From NCBI GenBank assembly GCA_001244265.2, contig CDLV01000005.1:1240001-1304000 (forward strand): 64,000 bases of DNA, written 5' to 3'. The stretch is from Microbotryum violaceum (lineage: Eukaryota). Positions 49,260 through 60,300 of this stretch are shown piece by piece; within the stretch, counting starts at the first letter, position 1, and each line of letters opens with the position of its first letter. The notes under the pieces were generated by a model. That model saw nothing but the letters and a program-made list of their open reading frames with translations, was not told where the DNA came from and made no database searches. The position numbers and the translations under genes were made by a program.

Positions 49260-49627
49260 GTTGGATTGAAGCTAGTCTGGCTGGAAACGCGCAACCGCAC
49301 GCAGTGAACAGGGCCGTGGAGGTCGAAAAAGCAGTAGGGAGCACCATGTTGACCGATCAAAGGTGGGGCCGGAGAGCGCGGAGGAGGGGTGCCAGGGGTG
49401 TGTACCCGAAATATTCTTGGGCGAGAGTCAGTTTTCATAGGTCAAGCAGCGCGTTGGTACGATATCCTGCTCTAGTCGGTCGGACTCACGTTAGGGTGAA
49501 TGGGATGTGAGTAGGAAGACGTAAGAAGGTGGGAGAAGGCGACACCGTTCACGCCAGCCTTCTTTCTCGCCCACGGGAAGTAAAATCACCGTTCAAATTG
49601 GCAATTCAATTTGCTTGCGCTACCGCA

Positions 49628-49761
49628 TGACTCAGCGAGGCGCGGACGCCGCGCGATTTTGGTGCGCCTGGGCGTTCACGCGTTCAACATTTTGAGCTTG
49701 GTCACGCTCAGACCGTCGTCTGAGACATGGTGTGATGAATCAGATTGTGTGATGAATCAGA
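49628..49761. promoter_or_regulatory. Candidate bZIP (AP-1/Yap/Gcn4-type) sites upstream of the quinone reductase
   Basis: TGACTCA at 49628-49634; 15-bp direct repeat GTGTGATGAATCAGA at 49730-49744 and 49747-49761, each containing TGAATCA. Confidence 0.4.
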
Positions 49762-49945
49762 CTCTGCAAGCTGGTTGCCAAAGTCGACGTGCCCATGCAG
49801 GCATTTGTGGTGGTGCTTACTTCGCAAGAGCCGTTTTTTGTTCTCGAGTACACCGTACATACATGGTAATCAAGCATATCCCAGTGACTCTTGTGACAAC
49901 ATGGGCTAGAGCCTGTGCGGTCTGTAGTTACGATGTCCAGGTCGG

Positions 49946-50263
49946 CATAGCCAGAAACGGGTGCCAAATCCGCGGACTCCTCAGATCCCCTCAGACCAAT
50001 TTCAGACCGAGCTCAGACCGAATTAGCGGTTCAGAGGAAATTAATTCAGACCATTCTGGTGGATCTCGGCGGCACTCTGCCTGTCGCAGAAAAATTGCGA
50101 CGAAATTATGTATGAGAACTTAATGAGAGCGTCCGATAACATGCTCTACTACCTCTGAGATGCAGGTTCAGGTGGTGTCAGACCCCATCAGTCTGAGCTC
50201 TTCTCCCAACAGACTGAGGGCGTCTGATGGGGTCTGACGATTTGGCACCCGTTTCTGGCTATG
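49946..50263. mobile_element. 318-bp non-autonomous DNA transposon (MITE-like)
   Basis: Perfect 25-bp terminal inverted repeat CATAGCCAGAAACGGGTGCCAAATC (49946-49970) / GATTTGGCACCCGTTTCTGGCTATG (50239-50263). Many subterminal TCAGA(C)/(G)TCTGA motifs and no transposase ORF. Confidence 0.8.
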
Positions 50264-51195
50264 TCCAGGAGCTATCGGGCCCACTGCATATGGGCCAGCA
50301 ACGTTTGTTAGATTCTCTCTTTGAACAAGACTAGCTGGAATTTATGACTTGAAAGGTAATATTTCATCTCATCTAATCCCCATCCGTGCCAGGCGGGGCC
50401 CGGGGTACCGCCGTACCGCATTGCAGGACGTAGGTACCCCGCTGGCCAGTCAGGGTTGGAAGGGAATTAGGTAACTTATGACAGGTCAGCTTGAACGTTC
50501 GCGTCCATGGCAATTTGCCGCTCACTGCATTTGCTCACGCCGCCTGACGCCAAGTCCTAAGGTCACGTGATCATGGCTGGGCTGCGGCCGTGACCTGACA
50601 ATTACTGCACCGCGCATACTTCCATCGCGCCCTTGGGGAAACAATCGAATCTGGGCCCGACTTGGTGTCGCCTTAGGTAGTCATAGAAAACCAAGCATAA
50701 AGTTCGGAATTAAAGGTCTTAGGCATTTCACCACAATGACTACTCAGACGACTGCTTTCTGGAAGAAAAACCTCGTTGGAGCTGCTGGCACTGCAGCTGC
50801 GGCTCTGGCGTGGAATTGTGAATCGGGGCAAAGAGCTTTGGAGCAACAGGCCGCTAAATCCCATTCAGTGGTAGTAGAATTAGAAGATCATACCAGTACC
50901 TAGTGGAGAGAGGCGTGGTTATGATGGACAAGTTGAAAGGAAGAGGTTTCCGAGAAAGAGGCGGCAAAACTCTTTGCCGGCCGGCGCAACAAACTGCGCA
51001 TCCCGCATGGTGTGCGCCGACGCGCGCGCAAACCTTTCGCCGAGACGGCCCTCGTCTCCGAACGTACTGAACCCTCATCTCAGGCTCCCTCAGCCCACTT
51101 GGGTTTGACGTCCCCGCCCACTTCAACCTCTCTTATGGGGTTTTGCTTCTTGGCTTCCTCCACAGCCCTCGTCTTCTCGAATAGCATCCCAACAA

Positions 51196-53901
51196 ATGTC
51201 GCCCGCACCTCCCATCCCAGCTTCCCGATATGAGTAAGTCCCATGGACTGGTGTCCAACTTGTCAAAGTCCAGCCTGACTCCGGACTGAAGGGTCCTCAG
51301 TTTGAGTGGCTCGAAGTTCCGTCTCGTCGCCACTTATCGAGATTTCGATCCGAGGAGCTGACTATGCCACTGTCAATGGCTCTACAGCGTTATCGTCGTC
51401 GGTGCTGGACCCGCTGGCGTTATGAGCTCCTTGTGCTACACCACATTCGGGCTCTCTACTCTTCACATTGTTAGTCACGAAGGGGCAGATTCACCCCCAC
51501 ATGTCCGCCCGCCCTCCCTGCGGCAACGCACTGACCCTCTTCAAGTGTCTCTCATCTAGGACGATCGACCTCGCACGACCGAAGCTGGTCGAGCTGATGG
51601 CCTGCAGCCTCGCACACTCGAAGTTTTGCGCAATATTGGATCCGTTAAGGTTCAGGAGGGCAAATCGAGCTTGGCCAAGCGCACGATCGCACAAGGCGTC
51701 CGCGTCTACAGCGTCGCTTTCTGAGTTCGTCTTTTTCGACGCTTCCGCCTAGGGTTTCCCGATCTGGAAGATCGCTGACGTTTTTGCTTCATGCATCCAG
51801 GATCCCACGGCGACCGAGCAATTGTCTCGCACCTCGAGATCTCCCTCGTGCCCCGATTTCATCGATGTGTAAGCTTCCATCGACCCATGTCCGTAGCGTA
51901 TTGGTACTGACATCCGACGATGCCTCCCAACCCCATATCAGTGTCGACAACTACACCCTTTTGCTCCACCAGGGCTTGATCGAGAATGCCTTCCTGGACG
52001 AGACAGAACTTCGACGCGCGCTTCTACCTGCGGACAAACTGATCCCAGCGCCTCACGGCGGTGTGTTCCGCCCTTACACTTTTGTGGACGTAAAGACAGA
52101 CCTCAGCCCCGGTGTCTCGCACCCGGTCACTGCCGTCATCCGCAACGCGGAGACGAACGAGGAGTTCACTGTTAAAGCCAAGTACTTGATGGGATATGAT
52201 GGCGCGCGTTCCAGCGTCCGCAAGGCCATCTCGGGCCCCGAAGCGACCGATGGCGGTGAAAAGGGCAAGATTACCATGGATGGTGATACAACCAACATCA
52301 TCTGGGGCGTAATGGATGTCGAGGTCGAGACCGACTTTCCGGACATTCTCTCAAAGTGGTCAGTCCCTCAATCTCGGTGACTCGGTAGCTCACCGCGAGA
52401 CCTCGTTATCGCTGATAGTGAACATACTCTCTTTCGCGGCACCGAACAGTATGATTCATTCACGGGACGCGGGATCCATTATGGTCATCCCTCGCGAGGA
52501 TAACCTCGTGCGATTGTATGTCCAGCTTAAGGAAGGCGAAGCCGCCAGCTCGCACGTTGAGCGCAGCAAAGCGACATTGGACATTTGTTTCGCGAGGGCG
52601 CGCAAGATCTTTGGGCCCTTCGTTCTCAAATTTGGCCGGGTCGCCTGGTTCAGTGTATACCAGATTAGACAGCGCATCGCGTCTAACTACACGCTCGACC
52701 AGCGCGTCTTCCTCGGCGGTGATGCGACACACACCCATTCCCCGAAGGCAGGCCAAGGCATGGTGAGCACTTCCCGTGCACTTCACTCCACATGGTCTCT
52801 CTGTACTCATCATTGGCATATGTACTCACCCACAGAACATTTCCCTGCTTGATGCCATGTCGCTCGCATGGAAGGTGAACCTCGTCGAGACGGGCATGGC
52901 CGACGCAGACATTCTCTTGCCGACGTATGAGTCGGAGCGTAAAGAGATACGCTCTCCTCGAGTTCGACACGGCCTAATCGCGCCTCTTTTCGGGCCAAGG
53001 CGCCCCCCAAATCGGACCCAAGGCATCCGAAATGGAGTCCGGCGCCCCCAGCTCGAAACTCAACGTCGCAGTTGATCCGCAGCTCTTCATCGAGACGTTC
53101 AAAAAGAACGCCTTCTTCACCTCCGGCTGCGGAGCCATTTACTCGGCGAACATCTTGAATGCGCTTGACGACTCGGACCTGGTGCGAAATTACCCTAAGA
53201 AGGGCGTCTTTAACCCCGCAGGTACGAGGTTAATCGCCGGGCAGCGTTTGCTCCCGGGCAAGGTCACTCGCGCAGTCGATGCGAACCAGGTCAGGATTCA
53301 GCAAGAGGTGAAGCTGAACGGTCAATTCCGGTGAGTCTTCAAACCAGGCTCTCATATGTCAGCAGTCTGCAGGAACATAACTGATCCGCGTTGCCCACAC
53401 GTGTCTCTAGGATTCACATCTTTGCGGGTAACCTGTCCAAGACGCTGCCGCAGCTACAAGCCTTCTCGGAGTATCTCGCCACACCCGAGTCGTTCTTGAA
53501 CGTGCACCAACCTGCCTCAGGTGCCCGAGCCTCCCTTTACCCCGATGCGCCAGCTTCGTCCCGCCACATCGAGCACCAGACAACAAGCGTCCCCGTGAAC
53601 CCCTTTTTCACCTTCCTCACGGTCGCCGCGGACAAGTTCGCCTCGCTCGACATTGACTCGATCCCCTTGGGCCTCCGAAGGAATCGTGACCTCATCTACT
53701 CTGACGATATCTTTGACCGACGATCACCGACGCCGGACAGCGCGGGCAATGCATGGCAAGTACGGTGTAAATGTGGAAAAGGGTGCAATCATTTGTGTCA
53801 GGCCCGATGGGTATGTTGGATGCGTTGTTGCGCTTGGGCGCGCAAGTGGGGAGGCTTTGGGCCAGTACTTCAAGGGCTTCTTGAAGGTGCAGCAAAAGTA
53901 G
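51196..53901 (+). pseudogene. Phenol 2-monooxygenase (FAD-dependent phenol hydroxylase) pseudogene
   Basis: YD|VIVVGAGPAG; GRADGLQPRTLE; LHQGLIE; DGARSSVRK; SIMVIPREDNLVRLYVQ; RVFLGGDATHTHSPKAGQGM|N; VRPDGYVG. Lesions: TGA 51722-51724, frameshift ~52950, TAA 52975-52977, frameshift ~53720-53748. Confidence 0.88.
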
Positions 53902-54324
53902 CGGCGGGAGAGGGGGGTTGCAAGTTCTCGAGACGTGATCTTTCGGTGTGAGTGCGTTTTTTTTTGTAACATAGTGCAGCTTTTCATATCCAGACAGCCC
54001 AAGTCGGAACCTGGATCTCCACCACTGCACAGACCTTTTCCACGAGGGGCAAACAGTGCGATGTCTTTTTTTTTGGCTCAGCTTTTTTGAACACGGGGGT
54101 CAAAGAGACTACTGCGATGTTATTTCTTCGCATATCACGGCATTACGTACATGCCGCTCGGGTTCGCCGCGCTGCAGTTGACCGAGTGCGCCGGTCACGA
54201 GGTCCGTGCGAGTCGACGTTGGCTGCGAAGCTCGGATTCGAGAGCGACGACGGCACGAGAGACGGGAGACTTCGCCCTGCTCCTTCAACAATTCGACGCC
54301 GCCGGCATCGTTGCTCCGAGCACG

Positions 54325-57300
54325 ATGCAAGTTGATTCGCCCATGCATGACATGGTTTTTACATCTACATCTCTGGCTACGATGACCGAAATGGCTGCCC
54401 CTATATCACCACCAGCAGCACCAGCGGCGCCAGCTCCGTCGCTGCAGTCATCGACGGTCCGCTTCCTGCGCGGCTTGGGCATCCTCCCCGTCGAGCCAGC
54501 CTCCGATGCAACTACACCACCAGCTGGAATCGAGCCCAAGAGCATTCGCAACCGACGACACCTCTCGACTCAGGAATGGCTCGGCCTGGTCCCCACATCC
54601 TATGCGATGACCTTGCTGTCGATCGTTCCAGCCCATCTTCGACCTTCGGATACCGTAGCCTCGGCGGAAGCTGCCTCGTCGGGAGCGGTACTGCAAGTCA
54701 TCACTCGGCTTGCGCTCGAGCCGTCGTTGACGCTGGCCGTGCACCGCTTTTACCGCGCTTATGCGCCGCACCTGTGGGGTACTTGGCTAGAATGGCTCGG
54801 CTACGACTTGGCCGAGCCAGGTCAATGGCCAGCCTCGACTCAGGCTGCGGACCAGCTCGACATTGTCAAAGCGATCGATGCCATGGTGTGCGTTTTGCGC
54901 CTAGACCAAAGGGTGTTCCCGTGAGTTTTGATCCCCTAGCTCGCGGTGGACCTATTCCGGGCTGCAACGCACCGAGATTGAGCGCAGCTGCTGAGCCAAT
55001 TTGACGTCGCGCTCTGATTAGATTCTTGGTGACCTTGCTTCGGCACCCTGCCCTGTCGACTTTCCCCATCGACACCTCCAATCCGATCCCTTCGCTCCTC
55101 ACATTGCACTCGTTGCTTCACTATCTTCCGCAACTGCCGACGTCGCACCTTACCACCTCGGCGAGTCGTCCCCTGCCCTGGGCATTTCCCACTGAGGTCG
55201 AGAACCTGCTCAAGTCGCACCCCTTGGCCAAAGTGCGACTCTTGGCGAGCAAGTGCCTCAACAAGTGGTACGGTTTCAACTCCAATACGGGCAAGCAGAT
55301 TGAGCGCACCTACGTTCCGACTTCGAGACAGGAGATGGAGCTTGCCCCGATGCCTGATTATTCAAACGAGATCAAGCTTGACTTTGAGCAATCATTTGGC
55401 GTGCTCGATCGCGAGGAAGGAGACGAATGGATCATTCCAGATTGGGAACAGGAACTCGTTGGCCAGTCCAACTGGGTCGAGGGGGGCGTTCAGGTCCTCG
55501 TCCGAAAAGGTGGCGTTGATCTTTGGATCCTCGAGCTCCTCATGGACATCCGCGACCGAGAAGAGAAGGCTCTGTTTGCTCAGGAGCCCGAGGAGCAGGA
55601 CTTTGAATCCCTCGACTGGGAGTTGAGTAAGATTGTGTGCGAGGTCGAGGGTCGATTGACGTATCGCGAAGGGTTGCTGCCTTCCATCGGCGCCGTTACT
55701 TCGTCTTCATCGGCGTCGACCTCGAGCGCTCGGGAGTTGGCCAAGACACCCCGACCCGAAGCTTTCATCCTCACGCCGTCGAACCGACAACTTATTCGCT
55801 CACTCTCCACTCGCCTCGTGTACCGTCAACCGACCCTCATTACTTCTCCTCCCTCGTCGGGCAAGCTGTCGACGCTCAATCACCTGTGGACACTCGTTCA
55901 TGCCTCAAGCTCCCCGGGGGCCGGACCGACCCTAGCGGCGAGGCAACGCCAGATTGTCATCATCAACCTCGCAGATCGATCACTCGACTCCAAGTCGCTG
56001 CTAGGATCACTCTCATCTGCTCCGACAACATCCGAGTCCACAGCGGGTTCCTTCACCTTTATCGAAGGGCCCCTGACCCGTGCCTTGCGCCAAGGTCGCT
56101 GGCTCGTCTTGACCAACATCGACCAGGCTTCGGTCGAGGTCTTGACAGTCATCAAGAGCGTTGCCGAACGAATGAAGACCTCTAGCGAGACCATGCTCGG
56201 CGGTGCATGGGGCGATGGTGCCGACCAACACAACTTTGGAGTCGGCGTCAAAGTCGGAGGAGGTGCCGGGCGATGGGTCAAGGCCGGAGCGGGTTTCATG
56301 CTCTTCGCTACGAGGTCCACAATCTCTTCTGAGGGGGCCGACTTCTTTGGACAACACTTCTTCAAGGAGTTGAGGTTGCCTGGGTTGGAAGGGGCCGAGT
56401 TGGAACAAGTTATTGAGGGGAGGTTCGAGAAGCTCGGCCAGGGGCTGGGGCGAAAGATGATTGAGGTCTGGGAGAGCGTCAGATCAATCAAAGGGAAGGA
56501 AGTGGGAGGGGGAACGAAACGAGATGTTGGAGTAAGGGATCTCTTGAGGTCAGTTCCAACGCGAAAGAGGCATCATCTGCTTAAAGCGACCGTGTACTGA
56601 CCAGGCGCTTGATTGACAGATGGTGCCGACGAGTCGAAGGTCTGCTACCGACCGGGGTCGTCATCAAATTGATCGAAGCGAACCCTACACTCCAAGAAGA
56701 GATTTTCATCGAGGCTCGCGACGTCTTCCTCGGCTCAATGTCCTTACCTCGTGACACTGGCGTACCGCAGAACGATCGCTATTCGGTCATTGCTCGCAAA
56801 CTCGCCGAGGGCCTGAGTCTGAGCGACGAAAGAGCATACTGGGTGTTGCGCCGTAGGGTGCCCGAGTTCATCGAACCCATCATCGATGTCGCCGACGGAC
56901 ATCTGGTCAACCACGATGGCCAGGGGCATATCCTCAAGATCGGTCGAGTCGGTCTGCCCTATCGACCAGTGCTTAAGAAGGCGGCAGGCAAAACGTATGC
57001 CCACACGAACCCGAGTTTGATCGTTCTCGAAAAGCTCGCCGTCGCCGTTCGACTTTCGGAATCCGTCCTGCTGGTCGGTGAGACAGGCACTGGCAAGACG
57101 GCCGCGGTGGGTCACTTGGCCGACAAGATGGGCAAACGCCTGACCGCGTTGAACTTGTCAAACCAGACCGAAGCTGGCGATCTCGTCGGCGGATTCCGAC
57201 CGATCGATGAACGGGAAGAAGCGAGACGGCACGCGTCGATGCTCTTTAATGCCTTTGTCGAATTGTTTGGCAAGACCTTCTCGCTCTCAAGGAATGCCGA

Positions 57301-60300
57301 ATACGTCTCGCATGCCAAAAAGGCGTTCGAAAAAAAGCGATGGCAGAGGCTGGTCGGCCTGTGTCGAGAAGCAGCGAGGATGGCGAGCGATCGCTTCAAT
57401 GCGCTCGAGGGGCCACCTGAGTCGAAAGACATGGCGACCGACGAGGCCGAACCGAGGAAGCGACGGAAGCTCGAGTCCAAAAGCAAAGAGGATCTGCCCG
57501 GTCAATGGGACGACTTTTTCGCGCGCCTGGGCGAGTTCGATCTGCGGCACGTCCAGAAGGCCGTCAAGGCCAAGTTCGTCTTCTCGTTCGTCGAAGGCCC
57601 GCTCGCCAAGGCGATTCGGGATGGTGAATGGGTCCTGCTCGACGAAATCAATCTCGCCTCGGCCGAGACGCTCGAATCGCTATCAACGCTGCTGCAAGGT
57701 CCCGACTCGAGTCTGGTGCTCACTGAGCAAGGTGACCTCGAGCCTATCCCTCGGCATCCCGAGTTCCGCTTATTCGCCTGCATGAATCCCGCCACCGATA
57801 TCGGGAAACGGGATCTACCGAGTGGACTCCGTGCCAAGTTCTCCGAGGTTTGGGTCCCACCGCCTGATGAGGATCGTGATGCGCTCGTCAAGATCGTCGA
57901 GGGGTACATCGCTCGACACGCCACGTCGGACCTGCCTGTGATTCACCAGACAGCAGATCTCTACTCGGCCGTCAAGCAGCTCGCCATCAACGCGCAGCTC
58001 GCCGATGGCTCGAATCACCCGCCCCATTTTTCGATGCGCACCCTCGCTCGTGCATTGACGTTCGCTGCGGAATTTGCGGAGACTTTTGGTTCGCTACGTC
58101 GCGCGCTCTACGAGGGGTTCCTGATGTCGTTCACGATGTTGCTCGACCCCAATTCGCAAGTTGTCGTCCTCGCATTGCTCAAGAAGCACATCGTCGATCC
58201 TGCGCGCAACGCCAAGTCGCTCTTCAGACTGCCGGTCAAGAAGCCGCCTGCTTCGACACCTGCGGTCCAGATCGCCCCCTATTGGCTCTTGACGGGCGAC
58301 CAGACCCCTGAAATACCGACAGACTACATTCTAACCCCATCGGTGCAGCGCAAGGTCTGCGATCTTGCTCGAGCAGCGTTGACTCGCAAAGTGCCGGTTC
58401 TAATTCAGGGCCCGACCTCGGCAGGCAAAACCTCCGTCGTCGAATACCTCGCCCGACGAACGGGCCACCGCTTCGTTCGTATCAACAATCACGAGCACAC
58501 CGACATTCAGGAATATATTGGCACGTACGTCTCGGATCCGGACTCTGGCAAGCTCGTTTTCCAGGAGGGTGTGCTGGTGCGCGCCCTTCGACGCGGTGAC
58601 TGGATCGTTTTGGACGAACTCAACTTGGCGCCGACGGATGTGCTCGAAGCGCTCAACCGACTGCTCGACGACAACCGAGAGCTCGTCATTCCGGAAACAG
58701 GCGAGCTCGTTCGACCCCACCCTCACTTCATGCTCTTTGCTACGCAGAACCCACCTGGGCTGTACGGTGGTCGCAAGGTCCTCTCGCGAGCGTTCCGCAA
58801 TCGTTTCCTCGAGATGCATTTCGGCGATGTCCCACAGGACGAACTTGAGACGATTCTATGCGAAAGGTGCCAGATCGCCCCCTCGTACGCCAAAAAGACG
58901 GTCGCCGTGTTTGTCGAGCTGCAACGACGACGACAAGCGGGGCGCGTCTTTGAGCAGAAACATGCCTTTGCCACTCTACGTGACTTGTTCCGATGGGGTA
59001 ACCGTGGTTCGGTCGGCTACCAGCAACTCGCCGAGGACGGTTACATGCTTCTCGCCGAACGTGCTCGACGTGCGGACGACAAAGAGGTTGTCAAGGAGGT
59101 GATCGAAAAGGAGATGAAGGTCACGATCAACGCCGCTTCGTTGTACGACTTCTCCCGACTCGCCAAACTCGAGCTTCCCGATCCGAGGAGCGCCCAGGGT
59201 AATCTCGTCTGGACCTCGGCGATGCGACGACTCTACTTCCTCATCGCCGCAGCTCTCAAGCGCGACGAGCCCGTCTTGCTCGTCGGCGAAACGGGAGCGG
59301 GCAAGACATCAGTTTGTCAAACGCTAGCGCTCGCTCTCGGCCGCCAGCTTCACATCGTAGGCTGTCATCAAAACACCGAGACGGCGGATCTACTCGGTGG
59401 TCAACGTCCACTTCGTAACCGAGCGGCACTTCAAGCGGATTTGAAGCGCCGCGCGTTGGCCTTGTTCGAGTCCGTAGGCCTTGCTGCGTCCGCCGCCGCC
59501 GCCGACGACTTTGAGCAGCTCATCGTCGAGGTCGAAGTCCTTCTCCCAAACTTCAACGGAGATGATCTGATCGAGGCCAAGAGCGTAATGGATCGCATGC
59601 GCCAGGCTACGGCTCTGTTTCAATGGCACGACGGTCCCCTCGTGCAGGCGATGGTCGCTGGCGATTTCATCTTGCTCGATGAGATCTCGCTCGCGGATGA
59701 CTCGGTCCTCGAGCGCCTCAACTCGGTCCTTGAACCCTCTCGCACGCTCCTCCTCGCGGAGAAGGGTGGCAGGGATCTCGCTGACATTCAGATCCGGGGG
59801 GCACCCGGCTTCCAAATCCTCGCGACGATGAACCCCGGTGGCGATTTCGGCAAGAAAGAACTCTCACCCGCACTGCGCAATCGTTTCACTGAGATCTGGG
59901 TGCCCAGCGTCGACGACCTCAACGACTTGCGCCTCATCATCTATTCGAGGTGGCAACCTGATCACGAGCAAGAGCTGGCGCAGTTTGGCGACAAGATGCT
60001 CGACTTTGCGCAATGGTTCGCCAAAGCTGCTGGAGCTGCTGACGGTCTCGGCATCGGGTTGCGGGATATTCTGGCGTGGATTGATTTTCTCAACAAGTCG
60101 GCGAGGTGAGCTGCCCTGGACAGAAACGAGCACAATCGAAGTTTGGGGGTGCTGACTCGAGTTTTCACTTTCATGATTACAGCTTTCTCGCCACGGTCAA
60201 GCCTGCCGTCGATGGCACAAATGACGACATTGAGACGGACGAAATCCAAGCTCATGCGTAAGCTGTATTCCGTTTTGATGCGATGGGTTCGGCACATGAC

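Noticed and set aside
51722-51724. TGA at a conserved Trp as a site of restorative A-to-I editing or readthrough
   Set aside because: The same gene has two frameshifts and a TAA in place of Tyr, which editing could not repair. A pseudogene is the simpler explanation.
55820-56130. Degenerate Walker motifs in midasin AAA1 (SPPSSGKLS, LVLTNID) and also AAA6 (LIEDAN)
   Set aside because: Degeneracy of the first and last AAA modules is a known midasin feature and does not indicate pseudogenisation.
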